DNA of 25,896 nucleotides from a candidate division WOR-3 bacterium (GTDB lineage Bacteria > Hydrothermota > Tepidihabitantia > Tepidihabitantales > Tepidihabitantaceae). A program made the translations under genes and the position numbers. Where the stretch lies: the NCBI GenBank assembly GCA_965649225.1, contig CBFGJX010000028.1, forward strand, positions 1 to 25,896, read 5' to 3'. Under the pieces are notes generated by a model. The model had not been told where the DNA came from. It saw only the letters and a program-made list of their open reading frames with translations, and ran no database searches. Positions 25,362-25,896 of this stretch are shown here, one piece after another; position 1 is the first letter of the stretch; each line of letters begins with the position of its first letter.

Positions 25362-25757
25362 GTGAAGACCATTGCGATCAAAACCGACCGCCGCGAGGAG
25401 CTGGTCGACATTACGGCGATGGTCAACGAGGCGATCGCGGAGTCCGGAATTACCGCGGGCGTCTGCTTTCTGACAGTGCCGCACACAACGGCAGCGGTGA
25501 CGGTGAACGAGGGCTATGACCCGGACGTTGCTGCCGATATCATCAGCGGTCTCGCCCGGCTGGTACCGCGCTCGGCCGGCTATGCTCATGCCGAAGGCAA
25601 TGCCGACGCGCACGTCAAGGCAACGCTGGTCGGTAACAGCGTGACGTTGCCGGTGGCGGACGGCCGGCTGGTGCTCGGACGCTGGCAGGCGGTTTTCTTC
25701 TGCGAGTTTGACGGGCCGCGCCGGCGTGAGGTTAGAGTAAAACTGATTGCCGGATAA
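25362..25757 (+). CDS. yjbQ: YjbQ/UPF0047 family protein
   Basis: PHTTAAVTVNE..DPDV, HAEGNADAHVKA, LGRWQ..F.CEFDGPR; start assigned to GTG 25362. Confidence 0.92.
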   Translation: MKTIAIKTDRREELVDITAMVNEAIAESGITAGVCFLTVPHTTAAVTVNEGYDPDVAADIISGLARLVPRSAGYAHAEGNADAHVKATLVGNSVTLPVADGRLVLGRWQAVFFCEFDGPRRREVRVKLIAG

Positions 25758-25834
25758 CGGCAGGATTCTGGCTGTCGACCGCAAGACGGGGTCGGCGGAT
25801 TGGCCGAACAGGTTCAGAGATACCCGGAGGACTT

Positions 25835-25896
25835 ATGCATAAGAAGCTCTTCATACCCGGGCCGACTGAGGTCCGCAAGGAGATTCTTGACGCTCA
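25835..25896 (+). CDS. Class V aminotransferase (alanine-glyoxylate/serine-pyruvate type), N-terminal fragment
   Basis: GGAGG RBS; MHKKLFIPGPTEVRKEILDA, typical LFIPGPT start; runs off the window. Confidence 0.75.
   Translation, partial: MHKKLFIPGPTEVRKEILDA

Overview
A GC-rich bacterial window; the gene styles suggest a candidate-phylum organism such as WOR-3 or an FCB relative, which is inference only. The left part (673-8321, minus strand) is a housekeeping run: secreted alpha/beta hydrolase, ispE, tRNA-Gln, prs, rplY, pth, ychF, rpsF, ssb, with no rpsR after ssb. The middle (8461-17526) is an accessory block: an FG-GAP-repeat sensor kinase, a sigma54-dependent response regulator, and a 320-bp enhancer plus sigma54 promoter module present twice. 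One copy precedes secreted proteins, including a FlgD/T9SS-type repeat protein. The other follows a truncated IS3 and precedes a GH16 lipoprotein. The most striking item is a solo 123-aa gene (18284-18655) whose motifs and spacing match, by eye and from recall, the SIRV2-fold major capsid protein of archaeal filamentous viruses (Adnaviria). It has its own near-consensus sigma70 promoter, a G/T-skewed upstream tract and no other viral genes nearby. The right part holds a TIM-barrel protein, an extended SDR, rubrerythrin, an operon of serine-palmitoyltransferase-like enzyme, acyl-CoA synthetase and TPR protein, then yjbQ and the start of a class V aminotransferase.
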